In this document: in pieces, positions 63,173 through 64,000 of the stretch
How the letters are laid out: every line of letters begins with the position of its first letter
Numbering within the stretch: position 1 is the first letter of the stretch
Origin: the human T2T-CHM13v2.0 reference genome, Homo sapiens
DNA: 64,000 bases
Strand: one strand, 5' to 3'
NCBI RefSeq assembly: GCF_009914755.1
Contig: NC_060925.1
Position numbers and translations under genes: made by a program
Notes under the pieces: generated by a model
Told to the model about the DNA's origin: nothing
The model's input: the letters and a program-made list of their open reading frames with translations, nothing else
The model's database searches: none

Positions 63173-64000
63173 CCTCTTTCTTTTGCAGTGCTTGCTGCGC
63201 TTCTAGAGTTCTCCTAGAGGGTGCAGGTTTCAAGGTAGCAGACACACCCATTTGGGTTGCTTTTTTATGTTTTTCATACGACATATTTCCAGATACATCA
63301 GTAAAGATGCTGTGGAAAAATTTCTGAAAGGGGCAGTATAGAAAACACCAACACCAGTGGGAGTAGAGCTGGGAAGGAGGACCGTGATGGTAAGAACACC
63401 AAGGAATCCCAGCCTTATTCATTCTCCCTTCGAACAAGAGCTTAGCTGAACACAGGAAAAACAGAGGTCTGAAGCGCTGAGTCTGAAGGATGCCCCCAGA
63501 GCTTTGAGGGCTCTGCTGTAGCATCTTTATCTTTGAGCATCCTCCACCACGGACACCTGGTGATCCCCTAAACATGCACAGGACCTGAGCCAGGTGCAGC
63601 GCCCAGAACGCTGCAGGGGCCCTCAGCACTGGGGATACAGCCTTCCTGCCCCACCTGCTGGCTCTCTGCCTTATTACATGTTACCATTTCAATCATGGCT
63701 AAATATATTCATACACATCTTATATGAATGTATATAAATGCCTTGAAAGATTGCAAAGACAACAAAAGATTAAAAGTCATTTTCTCTATGTGGTAGGATT
63801 AAGGGGGCTTTTCACTTTTTAATGTTGTTATGTTTGTTAAATTATCTACAATTAAGTGCATCATTGTGTAATCAGTAAAAAATTAATCCAAGTAGTCTTC
63901 CAATTAAAAAATTATTATTCTATGATTCATCCTGGCATTTTGATGGCCTTATTTTTACATTTATATTTTTGAGCCTTCTGGATTTTAGTTTAAGGACAGT

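Overview
This is human (primate) genomic DNA, recognised from the proteins as the IQGAP3-TTC24-NAXE(APOA1BP)-GPATCH4 cluster (chr1q22-q23, location recalled, not derivable from the window). I rebuilt the exons by hand from GT/AG boundaries and phase. IQGAP3 (- strand): exons 1-22, 2530 coding nt, about codons 1-843; the gene continues off the left edge. TTC24 (+): 10 coding exons, 582 aa. NAXE (+): 6 exons, 288 aa. GPATCH4 (-): 7 coding exons, 446 aa. Introns and intergenic DNA are dense in Alu, with MIR, L2, L1, LTR and Tigger elements; repeat family and subfamily calls and boundaries are by eye. There is no new gene or prokaryote-style system here. Leads most worth following: (1) TTC24 ends in a CaaX motif after a basic stretch and has an RFX X-box near its putative first exon; (2) an upstream ATG whose frame relative to NAXE is set by the (GGGCC)n copy number; (3) the full-length GPATCH4 allele, its modular tail and uORF-rich leader; (4) several small Alu rearrangements, including a 44-bp templated insertion and a perfect 137-bp duplication.
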